DNA of 64,000 bases. Source: Laetmonice hystrix. Taxonomy: Eukaryota. Positions 41,376 through 54,859 of the stretch are shown piece after piece (the first letter of the stretch is position 1; every line of letters begins with the position of its first letter). Below the pieces are notes generated by a model that did not search any database, was not told the origin of the DNA, and saw only the letters and a program-made list of their open reading frames with translations. The stretch is taken from assembly GCA_965235115.1 (NCBI GenBank), contig OZ249436.1:22818001-22882000 (forward strand). The letters run 5' to 3'. Made by a program: the position numbers and the translations under genes.

Positions 41376-43757
41376 AGCGTCTACATGCCATGATGGCATC
41401 TGTGAATTAAGAAAGGGCACTTTGAAAATTCGGCTCGAGAGAAAATGCCGTTTAAATGTACCGAAAATGCTGACGGTCCCAAAATGTTACGTTATGCAGT
41501 AATAAGCCAGTCTAAAAGTATATTATTAAAGCATAATGTAACTCTTAACGGCACCAGTGTGTGTTAATTAGTCAGTTGAAATCAGGCTAGACCCGAGCTG
41601 TCAGTATTAATGATTACGGTATCATTGCAGACTTTCAATGACTAGCGCCCTCAAAAAGCCAGATTGGCCCTTAGGTAGTTATCCCTTCCCTCTCTTGGCG
41701 CTATTGCATGGATTGCTTGGAGATCCTTGGCATCAACTTATATAATTCCGGTAACATTCCATAACATCCGTGACTGTATTTTATTACAGCAACGGCTGAA
41801 TAACAGGATCGTTAAAACAAGACCGAATTCTACACAAACTCGTTAAGTATGGATCAATGGCATTCAGTTATTACGATAATATTTGCCAACAGACAAGCCC
41901 GCTCCATCCTCAGCATCTATCTCTCCCGCGGTGCTGCCGAGCCATTACACCCAACCAGATTACGACATTGGAAGAGCTGAAAGTTGGTAGCAGGAGATAT
42001 AAGTCGTTCGCTCGAGGTCACAAGTGGTAGCAATAGCATCATCATTTCTCAATATTTATGTAATTCACATAGCGATATCAAGCAAAGGATCCCATGCATT
42101 TTGGGGTGCATTAGAGCCACAGACAGCTTTCCCATTAGTACTCTATAGACCAAATTGAGTCTTGACATAATCTTTCCTAAGTGATGCTCAAAGCTGGTCA
42201 GATGAAGCTATCGGTACGCTAACTGCTGGAGCCACATGAAACACATGCACAGCCATACCCCCCCCCCCTATGCTCGTGTCTGACGCTTGTGTCCACAGCA
42301 TCACTTAGCTATGCCTAAAGCAGTTCTGGAGATTACATACTTACAGAATGCGGGATGCGTTAGACCTATATCCGCCAAGCTTAATAAAATTTGCCCCCCC
42401 CTCCTCCCGGCACCCACAACACTCCCGATCTTGTTTGCCGAAAGTTTGCAGGATAGCGGAGACAAGTTGATGTGAATAGAAATGACTATGGATCCATCAA
42501 TCTATTCTACGAATCTATGGACTGCATGTGGCACATCCACACCTTTTTATCCCCGTGAATCACGAGAGGCTCGCAATATAATCTTGGCTCCTGCTGTTTG
42601 GGACTGTATTCACGTCCACTTTATATTAGTTTCTAATCTGACGCCTGGCGTCAGAGGAGACCTGGGCTTGGAGAACAACATTTTACCTCACCCGTACCGC
42701 ATAAAACATAGGCGACGCGCTGGGACCTACATCCCATAATGCCCATAGAATACATCCTTCCTATGTACGCTAGCCAATATTCATGGCTTCGTTTGAAACA
42801 TAATATTTCACAGATCTTTCAGCCTTCTATCTGCTGTAGGATGGCGGCTAGCAGCCCTTGGATCATATAGAGGTGACCACTGTGTTTGGCATTTCGCAGG
42901 AACCAAAGGTCAAGCGGCCCCAGTTCGGGTATAAACAAGCGGCTAGAGATTATAAGCCACGTATAGGAGCTTTCAGATGCCCACTTGTCCTTTGATTTAC
43001 CAGGATGAAACCACAGATCTCTACATATCCAATCCCGCAATAACTAAAATCCCACTCACACAACCCATTACCTAATGGATCGAAATAAACCATCGATTTT
43101 ATATAGCGAATTGTGGTGGTAAAACCATAACTATTATTCAACCCTCACCGGATAAAATCATATATGCAGACTGTTATGTAAAGCAATAAAATTGCACATG
43201 AACTTACAAAGCTTATTGTTGCAGCCAGTCATTTGGGCCTACCGACTCTATTCTTGAATCTGATTCCTACAATTAACCGGAATATAATTTATTCTAAATG
43301 GGCGAGAAAAGTCACACTAGGGAGATTATTCATTTCTACTTAATGCAAACAGATTCTCATTATCACAAGTATGCTTTCAAATCAAGAATGAGCCTTCATC
43401 GAATTGTATGAGTTCCTTTACAGCAAGTTAGTGAGACTTGCTGCAAACGTGGTCACATTGAAACTTGGCTGGCGACAATTTTCACTGTGCAACTTGTCCG
43501 TTTCTTTATACAAATGGACCGAAACATGAAAAAACTAGTTGTGATCCGCTGTGATCTGCACAAATCATTCAACAATATTAATATCACTCATTCATAATAT
43601 ATAATATAAATTTTATTTCAGGCAACATTCTGATGTCATTCCTCCTTCAGTACAGCATTGGCAACAACCCGACAGAATTACACACTGATGGAACAAGCGA
43701 GATAGCTTGACAATGATAAACAGATAGCGAGAGCTCAGTCTACTCCGCCCATCCAAC

Positions 43758-43845
43758 CCCAAACGGCAAGGACCGCACAGACGCAGATAGTGATACAAAT
43801 CTGGAGTGGCACTACTAGAGACACGCGGCTCTGTTTGGCCAACAT
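43758..43845 (-). CDS. Candidate signal-peptide exon of the CSPG4-like gene
   Basis: ATG...MLAKQSRVSLVVPLQICITICVCAVLAVW+G ends in phase 1, compatible with the big exon, but the donor G|GTTGGA is weak. Confidence 0.25.
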
Positions 43846-44546
43846 CACCCCCCCCCCCTACACACACACACACACACACACACTACCTCATCAGTCCAGA
43901 TGGAGTTCGCTGTATCTGGACACTCTCAATGCCAATATAAAGACAATGACGGATTCCCTCAAGCCCCTCTCTCGCCGGGAGGTGGCGTCCGTCTAGAGGG
44001 ATACAGCTAGCCCATTGACCTTTTCTTGGTCCGTCCCTGGACAGGCTCCACGCATGATGGAGGGCCAGCCGATCAAGAACTACCTGATCGGTTTGGTGGG
44101 ACTGCTGGAGATCTTGTGACAATACTAGGCCTACTGCTAGATCAAACGACGAATGGGCATGGACGTAACCAGAGTCTCCGTTACCCGGGGGCCAATGCTC
44201 ACATCGCCCCCCCCCTTCGTAGCTTATATATATTTACATGCCTGTCCGCCCCCCGGCCCCCGGCCCCCGCCCCCTTATAAGCCACTGCTGGAATGAGGCC
44301 CGTCAAGTCTGTAGAGAATAGGCCTAGTCCTCGCCAACGCGATATCCCTGCGACATCCCCCGATGAATGAGGCCCGTCAAGTCGATACCAACTGTAGGGC
44401 AGAGATATACTTTCACCAGTAAGAGCAGGTATATTGAAGCCGTAATCAGGGGCAGTAACAGAAGACACCGGTAGCCACAGTCACAAGTATAGTAGGCCTA
44501 CCAGCAGTATACCAGCAGTCGTGCATTGGTACAGTAGGCCTACTAA

Positions 44547-45083
44547 TGCCCCTATCACACTGGATGAAGACTTAACGGCGACCAAGCAGGTCGCCGTTGG
44601 TCGCCGTCAACATCGGAAAACCCCTCCAAGTGTGACTGCAATGCCGCTCCCACCCCGCGGCCATCCCTACCACGTCGTATGGCGTTACTACCACGTCCTA
44701 TACGATCACAATGCGCTCATTGCGCAGCAAGAGCGCAGCTCTGACGTCATGAGCGCAGGAGCGGAGCGTTTAAAGGGCTCATTAGGGTCACCGAGGTCTC
44801 GGTAACAGCGTGGTAAGCCGGGCCAGCGCCATGGGACGGGGAGGCTGGTACTGCGCTCCTAGGACGCTGATGGTGATCCCATAACTGCGCTTTTAGATGA
44901 TCCACGGCGACTCCGCGGCGTAAATTTTGTGCATGTTCAAAATTGGTCGCCGCTCATGGCGCATTATGACGACCCAGCAGGGAGACACTATCTCGATCCT
45001 ATGACGCTCAGAAGGACCTCAGGGCACTCTATCTGAGCTCTACGGCGATCTGGCCTATTTTCTAGAGCAGTGTGATGGGGGTA
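44547..45083. mobile_element. PIF/Harbinger-type MITE; other copies or fragments at 1-153 and ~62532-62608
   Basis: TIR TRCCCCYATCACACTG; TAA TSD on both sides. Confidence 0.82.
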
Positions 45084-46223
45084 TAAGGTAACAGTGGCAA
45101 TACAAACAGTTGCAATACAAGCTTGAGTCCGTGGCTAGTATCAGGACCAGCAATCACTGGTAACCGTAGTTAGTGGCTAGATTAACAGGGTACTGGCACA
45201 GCTGCTGATTATGCCCATCTCTGCCTCAGGTGAGCGTGTCGAGAAGCGAATCACCCCCAGAACAGCCACTAGGTGGCGTCGCAGACGGTCAAGCTGCCGT
45301 TTTAACAAAAAATGGGTAAAGTCAACTTACCAGTAGACCACATCATGGAGTAAGACCTGGCCAAAGGTTTGGTACCGAGAAACGCGCATTATTTTCATAG
45401 TGTGGACAGATTTTCAGGGCTGCATCAATGCACCAGCGCCCCCTGGTACACTATGGTGCACTATGTTGGCAAGCGAGCGTTCAGATTGACGTTACCCGAC
45501 GTAAGTAGTCTACCGACATATCTATGCCCCCAATTTACCCGATGTAACTCGGGGGCTTACGCGACGCAAGTTATGTTGAATGATTGTGTTCATATACAGG
45601 TGGTCACCCGAAACAGCGGGTAGGCGTCGGAACAAGCCTCCAATGTGAACGTGGCCTTAGTAACTCTCCTTCACAAGCCGATGGTATCTGGTTGGCGCGG
45701 GCCCCGAGGAACCACGCGTTTTGTGACTGTAATGGATCGCCCACGTTCTGAGAGTGAGAATGCTGGTTTATGGCCGTCTCACACACAAACGGACCCGTCA
45801 CCTTCTGGGATTTGACAATGTTTAACTGATGGGATCGCGACACGAGCGTTCGCCGCACGGGTGGCGGATCATACGCAAAGAAACAGGTCGCACACTTGGG
45901 CTCTTCATTTCTTTAATGTCAACTAGGGGGCAGTTAATTAGGTTTACTCCTAACCAGGCCATAGAGTGAGCCAAGGTCTGCTGTGATAAAGGTAACAAGA
46001 ATCATGTCCCATTCACACCACAAACCGAATCGAACCGTTGCGAACCGTCGCGAACCGTACTGCAGAATCCACACCTTTGACACTGGCGTACACTGCGCAT
46101 CGGCGATTTTCATCACACTACAGAGAATAGAATGCGGTTCTTTTCACACTAGAAGCGAAGCAAAGCGCCTCACTCCAGTGTTACAATGGAAGGGCAATAA
46201 TGTTTTCATCTGCTACAACTTGT

Positions 46224-46890
46224 CAGGGTTCCCACACATATAGCAAACCAATTTTCCAGGAGTTTTTCAGGATATTCCAGGATAACAAAAATATTTCCAG
46301 GAACTCATGGAGTTGTATATTACCCGGTATTATTCGATCTCTTCTAAAATGATCTCTATGATATCAATACAGAACACTTGCCATGAACATTACTGGAAAA
46401 CGAAGTCTTATTTCAATGAAATGACCCCAATGTAGCCATTGAACCATTATATCTTACAAAATGGAACATTCAGCCATACTGATGTTGCATCATGAATGTC
46501 CCAGAGACACCTGCATGATACCTTTTTCAATTTTAGGGGAACATACTGCATTTTGGAAATGTCGAATAATATCACGTCCAGTCAAATTTCCCTTCAGATT
46601 CATTACAATGGGTGATTTTTGTATAAGTTTCAGGTCAAGTAGTCCTAGGACACCACTCTGGTCATCCTTTGTCCATAGAAGGTGTGCACAAATACATAAA
46701 ATTTTATCACATGTCTCAAAGTTAATTTCATTAAGTCCAGACTTCACAGTTGAGCCTGTGTAGCCCAGAAAGCAAGTGAAATACTGATTTGAAGATGGCT
46801 AAGGGAAAAACGGAACTCGCAAATGAGCAGAGGGCCCGAATTTAGGCACCGTCGGATTCTGGGTGGAGTTGTCGAAAGATTGCTGCTGAC
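46224..46890 (-). mobile_element. Degraded hAT-like element end with transposase remnant
   Basis: CAGGGTTCCCAC terminus with TTTTCCAGG subterminal repeats; minus-strand fragments IFRQLHPES and DIIRHFQNAV...IMQVSLG resemble the LF.MFPDS and LLQVSMDG regions of hAT-like transposases. Confidence 0.4.
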
Positions 46891-48916
46891 ATAATATGCC
46901 AAGTGTTATTTTTGCACACTACTGTAGATTTAAAGTTGTGTTACAACTACAGCTATCAGGCGCGGATCTAGCATTGCACGAAAGGGGGTGGGGCGCCCCC
47001 GAGCACCGTAGGTGTGAGGCGTACATGTGCGTTGGGAAGGAGGGGGGGGGGGTCTTCCCACTGAAAATATTTGAATTTGGAAGGCAAAAAACCCCCCGCT
47101 ACTTCCCAGCATCTGGAGACAGAAATTGTGGCCTGGCATTTAGGCCTGGCCTACCAATGATTTTGGTCACTTTCTGTCCAAGTTTCAAAGAAGTGCGGTA
47201 TTGTATACGTTGTAGTGTTGGAGCGGCATGCCACATTACCCTGCGGGAAGTGTGTCTTGTAGATCAGAAAGCGGGCCAGACACTGGGCCGGCGGTGATGT
47301 ATGACCACTGACGTGTACGATGGGCTCTCGTACCAGCGATTAATGTCCAAAGTTTCAGACCATTGTCAGTGAGACCACAGAAGAACCCTCTGTCTATATT
47401 AAGACAACAAAACCTGTCTGAATATCAGTCATAAATAGAAGAGAACTTGGCGAGGAGCCCTGTTAACGATCTCCTTTCTTCTCTGCGCCTTTAATTTCTT
47501 CACAATGAATCATTCACATGAAGGCACCTGACACGAGCTATGTTCTAACGTAGTCAATGATAGCGTCTTCTCTACCTCAATCCCCACCCAAGTCGATGCC
47601 GTATTTCTTTACTGATTGGCCAAAGGCCCATGAAAATGGCTCAAAGACTGGATAAGAATGTGTTCCTACAAAGTTGATCTACTGTCAACGCGCCGCCGGG
47701 TTGCCAACTTTCTCTCTGCCACTTTTCACCGATGTTTCAGGCCAACATTATTTTTACACTTACCGTTCCTACCACTGAAACTAGGATGGTATGGAGCAAC
47801 TCAAATGCAAATTTTCTTTATTTTTTTTTTTGTGTTTAAAGATTGAACAAGACCCCAGAGTCACATCCCCCAACTGAGTGGGTTAGAGGAAATATGCATT
47901 CTTTGTATTTTTTAGCTACAGTCCATCTGAGAACATCTTTGATACATGATACATAACAAAAATTCATACGAGACTTCTTCTATCACTTAGACTGAGAGTA
48001 AGTAAATATCTTGAAGAGGTCTAGAGATACCTGAACCGTTGAAAAGGTGCATAACCATGATTGACCTTTCCAGGTCATCCAATGTAAGGGGAACAGCTGC
48101 AAATGAAACCTATATCATTTCCTAGTCATTATTCATCGTAGTTCTTTGGTTATCCTGAAGTTATGCGATACAGCACTAACCAAGGTGCACCATAGTCACA
48201 CCATAGCATTACGTTTTATGCATGTAAGTATTTTTATTTCTACTTTAGTCTCGGAAAAAAGTAACGTCTGTTTAACTTCTGTGTATTACTCCTCGTCTTT
48301 GTATTTTTAAATATTTTAATTGAGTTGTCGAGGGGCATCGCCCATCCAGCGAGATACCCCTTGAGCTCAACACAGACTAAAACGCCGCGAAAACGACCTG
48401 TGAGGTCAACTAATGAATATATTAATAGGACCTGACATATGTCATAGCATAGACGTGGTCATAGTTAGGGTCGGGAATCTTGGCTGGTTTCCGGCTCCCT
48501 CGCTAGGTGTCTATCGGTCGACGCGGGAGAGGCTCCCGTGACGTCATACACCAGTTTGGCCATGCGCACGCACGCTTATTATGACGCGAAATTAGGGTAG
48601 CCGGTCCCTTAGCTGGTTCCCGGCCCTGACTCTGACAAAGTACAACCGGGACACGCTTTAGAGACGACGGCTGTGATTGGCTGTGATTGGGCACACTCGC
48701 GACGAGTGCCAGCGACCCCAAGCGAGAGGACCCCGCGAATTTGAACGCTGAGAGCGTCTAAAATGGCGGCCAAAACCGGCCCTATTCGCCATGAGCGACA
48801 GCGACCCCAAGCGAGAGGACTGGGAACCAGCCTACCTGGTCCCCTGCCAAACAGACGCGTCCGCTGTGTTAGGCCAGGTGCTGGGTAATTTCACTGTCAG
48901 ATGTGATGTGTGTGAG

Positions 48917-49356
48917 TAGCCTGGTACCCGGTGCCTTAACTATACGCATCCGCTATGTAAGGCCCGGTGATGGCTAACAGAAAGCTGTAAAACGGAAGTG
49001 GTGATCACTAATCACTTCCGCCTCCGGTCCGTCGGTCAGCGTTAACAGAGTGATTGACTTCTGCTTGGAGCGTGGCCGGGAGTGGCCAACAATAGCAGCA
49101 TGCCCCTGCGTATGCAGACCGTAGCAGGTGTGGGGACTGCTGACGCTATGTTTACATCCAGAAAAGCGAGGATATTTAACACTTGTATTTTAAAGGGATT
49201 GACGAAAATATTTGTGTCTTGTTGGAGAAATACGGAGGGTACGGAACTATACCTCGTTTGCGTCCATGTTTTCGATGGGCCAATCACAACGCTTGCTTCG
49301 ATTGGCCATCACCAAGCTTTATATACGAAGTCAATATAGAGCTGGGGACCAGGCCA
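48917..49356. mobile_element. TAG-ended (Academ-like) non-autonomous element; diverged right-half copy at ~50270-50509
   Basis: TAGCCTGGTACCCGG / CTGGGGACCAGGCCA; second copy ends GAACCAGGCTA. Confidence 0.5.
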
Positions 49357-49359
49357 GTG

Positions 49360-50206
49360 TGTGAGGTGGAATTCCTCAGTTAATTATAGTCCGCCAGGTG
49401 GCGCTGTGGTCTGGTCTGTTAGTTACATGTCCCGCCAGAGGGAGCTTGAGTAGGAGGTTCCGGGACCAGAAAGTTCGGCCGTAATAGTTGGAAATTCGAA
49501 GCTTCTCAAACAACTAGAATTATCCAGTGACAGTCGAACCTTCTACAACGAGAAGGTTCTTTAACTGAAGGTATATAAGCTGGTAGAACTGATGATGCGT
49601 GGAGACTTGCGTTGAGATCTAACAGAGAGTGTAGTTTAACGTTAGTGACTACGTTGGAACAAGACCTGATTGACGATTGTGAGATTGTGTATTATCGCTC
49701 AGTGTGGGATTACGAAAGCTGTCGTATTTGAGCCTAAAGCTGGAACGTGGACAGTAGACTATAGCCGAGAGCTACAAGTCTTCAGTTTGTGTGCTACTGA
49801 AGTTGGCGACTTCAATAGGAAGATTTATCCACGGATTCCTGGAGTACGTATCTGAACTTGTGCTGTGGACATTGTGCTTGTGACAACCACGGAGGAAAAC
49901 CACTGAAACTATAGTATATGTGAACTTTGGATTTACGTGTGGACATTGGGCTTGTGAAATCCACGGAGGAAATCAACTAGAACTTTATTCGAACTCTGAT
50001 TTGGATGGACTGAGAACGTTCTGGAATTGCAGACGGGACAATAGACCACAATAGATGGTAGGAACATTCCAGAAGGTAAAACACTGAGTTTTATGATTGT
50101 GAATCAGACCGTATTTTGTCATCATTGTATAACTGTGAGGATTCATTAAATTGTTTTAAAATTAAATTTTGGGTGTTTGTTATCTACTGCCGTTGGCCAC
50201 GTAACA
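49360..50206 (+). mobile_element. Probable solo LTR (~850 bp)
   Basis: TGTGAGG...GTAACA termini, TATATAAG at ~49572, ATTAAA near the 3' end, internal short direct repeats; TSD not clean. Confidence 0.55.
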
Positions 50207-52282
50207 CAGAAAACCGCCAAACGGAAGGAAGTCATTAAACTCCAAGCACTTGGCCAACATGGCCATGCATGATGCAGACCGTAGTCTGGCTTAGGGACCG
50301 ATGACACTATGTCTACATCCAGAAAAGCGAGGACAATTAACAGGATTTTAAAAGGATTTACGAAAATATCTGTACCTTGTTGGAGAAATACGGAGGGTAC
50401 CTTCGACGTTTGTGTCCATGTTTTTGATGGGCCAATCACAATTCTCTCTTCTATTAGCCTTCACCAGTCTCAATATACGTAGTCAATATAGACCTGAGAA
50501 CCAGGCTAGGAATCAGGGGACACGTACGTAGATAAAAACTTACGCGCGTAATAAAAGAACCAATCAGAAGCAGGTGCCATGACTGGCAAGTGAGCTGAGA
50601 GTTTGTTGTATAGAGAGTAAGGTGTAGAAGGATGTCAAGTGTCAGTCTCTTCCTTTGACGTCAGACGTCAGATCCTCATGGGCTAACGGTATAGGGTAGC
50701 TGCCGGCTACAGTCCACGGCGGGACCCCACTGTGGGATTCACCAACACCAAAACACCGCGTCAGCTTGTTAGAGTAGAAAGGCGACCCGACGAACACAAA
50801 TTATGGAAAAAGCAGTGTAGGCCTACAGAAGTTGCAGCCGAAAATGAAATAACGTTCTCCAGTCTCAGGGCGTGGAAGATGTATAGTTGAAGCATTGGGA
50901 GCGTTAGCACGACAGCAAGGTGGGGTTCTCGCCTAAAATATTACGTCCTATATCATATACTACTTACAGTTATAGGCAACATATGAAAAGTCCTGCCAAG
51001 GTTTCTGGAGCAAACACTACCTTAGAGAAAAACTACCGGACTCAAACTTACAGGAATTAAAGATATTAATACAATGAATAATTTAAAAGCAAAATCTCAG
51101 AAATGCTGTAGCCGTTTTCGAGAAATGGGCGATTATGTGCTAAAAAGTGCCAATTTTCGCCCCCAAAATGGTAAAAAATAAACATTTTGAAAATCCGAAA
51201 AAAGTGTCCTAGAGAATGTCATAAGAAATAACTATGCCAAATTTCAGAAAAGAATGTTGAATAGTTACTGAAATCTAGCTGCTAACGGACGGACAGACGA
51301 CGGATGCAAAACCTACGACAATAGCTTATCGGCCAAAAGCTAAAAATCAAAATTGTAGCAAAAAGCACATGTGAAAAAGTCCTCTAGGGGCCTACTCGTC
51401 TTTGTCAGTGTACAGGGAGGGCTAACAATAATGCCAGGATACAAGCTCGGCCCGGTAGATTTAGAAACATCTGCAAACAACACAATTTGAATGACCTCAA
51501 AACTTGGGACTCCATGGCTGTCACATTCAGATTGTGAGAGCAAGGCCGTCCTAAGCCCTGTGGTGCCTAGTTACAATTTTTTCTATCCTCCTACAGATCA
51601 ATTAAAGACTCGCTCCTCCCCGGACTGACATGATTTACATTATAGGCTACATGTGAATATAATGAGGAACATGATATCACTCATTTTCCAGGTCTGCCCC
51701 TAAATCTGCAGGGTTTTTAACATATTTTAATTCCATGATCTTTCCAGGGTTGTCTCATTTTCCAGATTTTCCAGGTGGGAACACTATACCGCCGACCATG
51801 ACACCCCTGAAACCCATTTTCAGTGGTTGTTGACGTGCTGCACGTTTTAAAAAAAAACTTTGTGCACTAAAAAACACTTTGTGCACTAGGGAGTTAAGTC
51901 AGGTGTGGTCCCTAGAACAGTTTACGGCTGATCATTGCAACCGTTCGGCCAGCCACATTTGACCGCTGGCGCAGGATCTACGGCACGGCAAGAGTCATTG
52001 GCACTGCCACTTTGACCACTGGCCGGAATCTTGACTACAGCCCACTATGATGGCCGGTGTCGTTTACAGTGGCAGGAGGGCTCAGCAGTGAATTAAACCT
52101 GAGGGACTGTCCGCCCCTTATATCAATCCCAACTCCGCTGCCCTGACTCTAACTTTCCCACGGGTCCTAATGCCCTTATCGGCAGACATGTCCTGCCTTC
52201 GGCCCCGGCCCAGCCCAGTTCTGCCTGACAGCGGTTTGTCTGAGCTGTTAATCCTAAACAGTCGGCAGCGCAGCTGGGGCTA

Positions 52283-53838
52283 ACTGTGGGCCGGTGGTGG
52301 CCGGAGTCGGGCCGGGGGGCGGTGGGCGGTGGGCAGGTGGGCCGGTGGTGGCCGGAGTCGAGCCGGGGGGCAGGTGGGGCGGTGGGCGGGGGGCAGGTGG
52401 GGCGGTGGTGACCGGAGTCGGGCCGGGGGGCAGGTGGGGCGGGGGGCGGGGGGCAGGTGGGGCGGTGGGCGGGGGGCAGGTGGGGCGGTGGTGGCCGGAG
52501 TCGGGCCGGGGGGCAGGTGGGGCGGTGGGCAGGTGGGGCGGTGGTGGCCGGAGTCGGGCCGGGGGGCAGGTGGGGCGGTGGGCGGTGGGCAGGTGGGGCG
52601 GTGGTGGCCGGAGTCGGGCCGGGGGGCAGGTGGGGCGGTGGGCGGGGGGCAGGTGGGGCGGTGGTGGCCGGTGGGGCGGTGGGCGGGGGGCAGGTGGGGC
52701 GGTGGTGGCCGGAGTCGGGCCGGGGGGCAGGTGGGGCGGTGGGCAGGTGGGACGGTGGTGGCCGGAGTCGGGCCGGGGGGCAGGTGGGGCGGTGGGCAGG
52801 TGGGGCGGTGGTGGCCGGAGTCGGGCCGGGGGGCAGGTGGGGCGGTGGTGGCCGGAGTCGGGCCGGGGGGCAGGTGGGGCGGTGGGCGGTGGGCAGGTGG
52901 GGCGGTGGTGGCCGGAGTCGGGCCGGGGGGCAGGTGGGGCGGTGGGCGGGGGGCAGGTGGGGCGGTGGTGGCCGGAGGGCAGGTGGGGCGGTGGGCGGGG
53001 GGCAGGTGGGGCGGTGGTGGCCGGAGTCGGGCCGGGGGGCAGGTGGGGCGGTGGGCGGTGGGCAGGTGGGGCGGTGGTGGCCGGAGTCGGGCCGGGGGGC
53101 AGGTGGGGCGGTGGGCGGGGGGCAGGTGGGGCGGTGGTGGCCGATGGGGCGGTGGGCGGGGGGCAGGTGGGGCGGTGGTGGCCGGAGTCGGGCCGGGGGG
53201 CAGGTGGGGCGGTGGGCAGGTGGGACGGTGGTGGCCGGAGTCGGGCCGGGGGGCAGGTGGGCCGGTGGGCAGGTGGGGCGGTGGTGTCCGGAGTCGGGCC
53301 GGGGGGCAGGTGGGGCGGTGGTGGCCGGAGTCGGGCCGGGGGGCAGGTGGGGCGGTGGGCGGGGGGCAGGTGGGGCGGTGGTGGCCGGAGTCGGGCCGGG
53401 GGGCAGGTGGGGCGGTGGGCGGTGGGCAGGTGGGGCGGTGGTGGCCGGAGTCGGGCCGGGGGGCAGGTGGGGCGGTGGGCAGGGGGCAGGTGGGGCGGTG
53501 GTGGCCGGAGTCGGGCCGGGGGGCAGGTGGGGCGGTCGGCAGGTAGGACGGTGGTGGCCGAAGTCGGGCCGGGGGGCAGGTGGGGCGGTGGGCAGGTGGG
53601 GCGGTGGTGGCCGGAGTCGGGCCGGGGGGCAGGTGGGGCGGTGGGCGGTGGGCAGGTGGGGCGGTGGGCGGTGGGCAGGTGGGGCGGGGGGCGGGGGGCA
53701 GTGGTGGCCGGAGTCGGGCCGGGGGGCAGGTGGGGAGGTGGTGGCCGGAGTCGGGCCGGGGGGCAGGTGGGGCGGTGGGCGGGGGGCAGGTGGGGCGGTG
53801 GGGCGGTGGGGCGGTGGGGCGGTGGGGCGGTGGGCGGC
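52283..53838. repeat. G-rich modular satellite (~1.55 kb)
   Basis: Shuffled modules GGTGGTGGCCGGAGTCGGGCCGGGGGGCA, GGTGGGGC and GGTGGGC. Confidence 0.97.
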
Positions 53839-54859
53839 GGCCGGCTACCCCGCCATCCATCACCTCTCTCTCGGCTGTGAACGGCTTCCTCATGCAGCAC
53901 AGGTGTACCAGATTTCTAAGTTCCCTTGGAATGCAGGTCCGACGGATCTGTCATCCCCGAAATATAGGTCCGACGGACCTGCCTTCTTCCTATGCTATAG
54001 GTCATGACCCAACGGGGGATCCATGATTTTGATAAGGGGAGGGGGCACCTAAAACGTTTTTTAGCCTCGCTACGCTCCGCATGATTTTATTGTGATTGTG
54101 GCCATTTTCGCCCCCTTTTGGTCTATTTCAATGCTGCATGGCCCAGAGTTATCTTTCTGCTGGACGACTGAGGAGGCCCTTTTGGGCCCGCGATGTTACT
54201 ATCACGTACAATATAGGAGGCTTTTTTGAAGAATTTTGTTGGAATCCTGTTTTCAGGGTCCGAATAATGCATCTTCATAAAAAGGGGGAAAGGAAAATTT
54301 AAGGGGGCTCGGGCATCTGGTGCATAAGTTTTGTCCTACGGAATAGAACATGTTCTATTTTGCTAGGTCAGACCTACGGGTGACGTTATCTCTGACCAAT
54401 CACTGCAAGTCTTTCTGGCATGTGACAGTGACATGTTATACTCGTCCTCATCGCAAAGATGGCCTCGGAGGAAAGTCAGCCGACACAAAGCGACTGAGAT
54501 TAAGGCCTGCTTACGGAGGCCTACGAAGAAGAAGAACCTCCTTCACTTCCTATTCTTTTTCCGCTTCTTTTTTAAAACAAAACAGCCAAAATAATACTAG
54601 CGGCAGCGACAGTGAGCACTTTCTTATTTCGTGCCATAGTTTCATGTTTCAGACATGTAGACTCGACCACCAGTTCTCCTCTCCGCAAGTCGATCGACGA
54701 GCGGCCTCTAGCGGGGAAAAGGGTCTGGCGATCGAGATTATCAGACATGTAGGTCAAGGCCACTCATCAGTCATAGAAACCTAGGAGATAATCCTGCCGT
54801 GTGTACAGGGTTGACTCATAGGTCATTTTGACCTATAGGACTAACTTGTCGGGGTGCAA

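Larger units (their letters stand above)
48320..51346 (-). mobile_element. HINE-like family A, second copy, with nested insertions
   Basis: Blocks homologous to 14195-14430, 15465-15500 and 16595-17248; (GGAC) microsatellite and AAGCTAAAAA end. Confidence 0.7.

Noticed and set aside
52254..54026. 400-550 aa Pro- or Gly/Arg-rich ORFs in several frames
   Set aside because: Stop-free because of the G-rich satellite; open on both strands, with no domain structure
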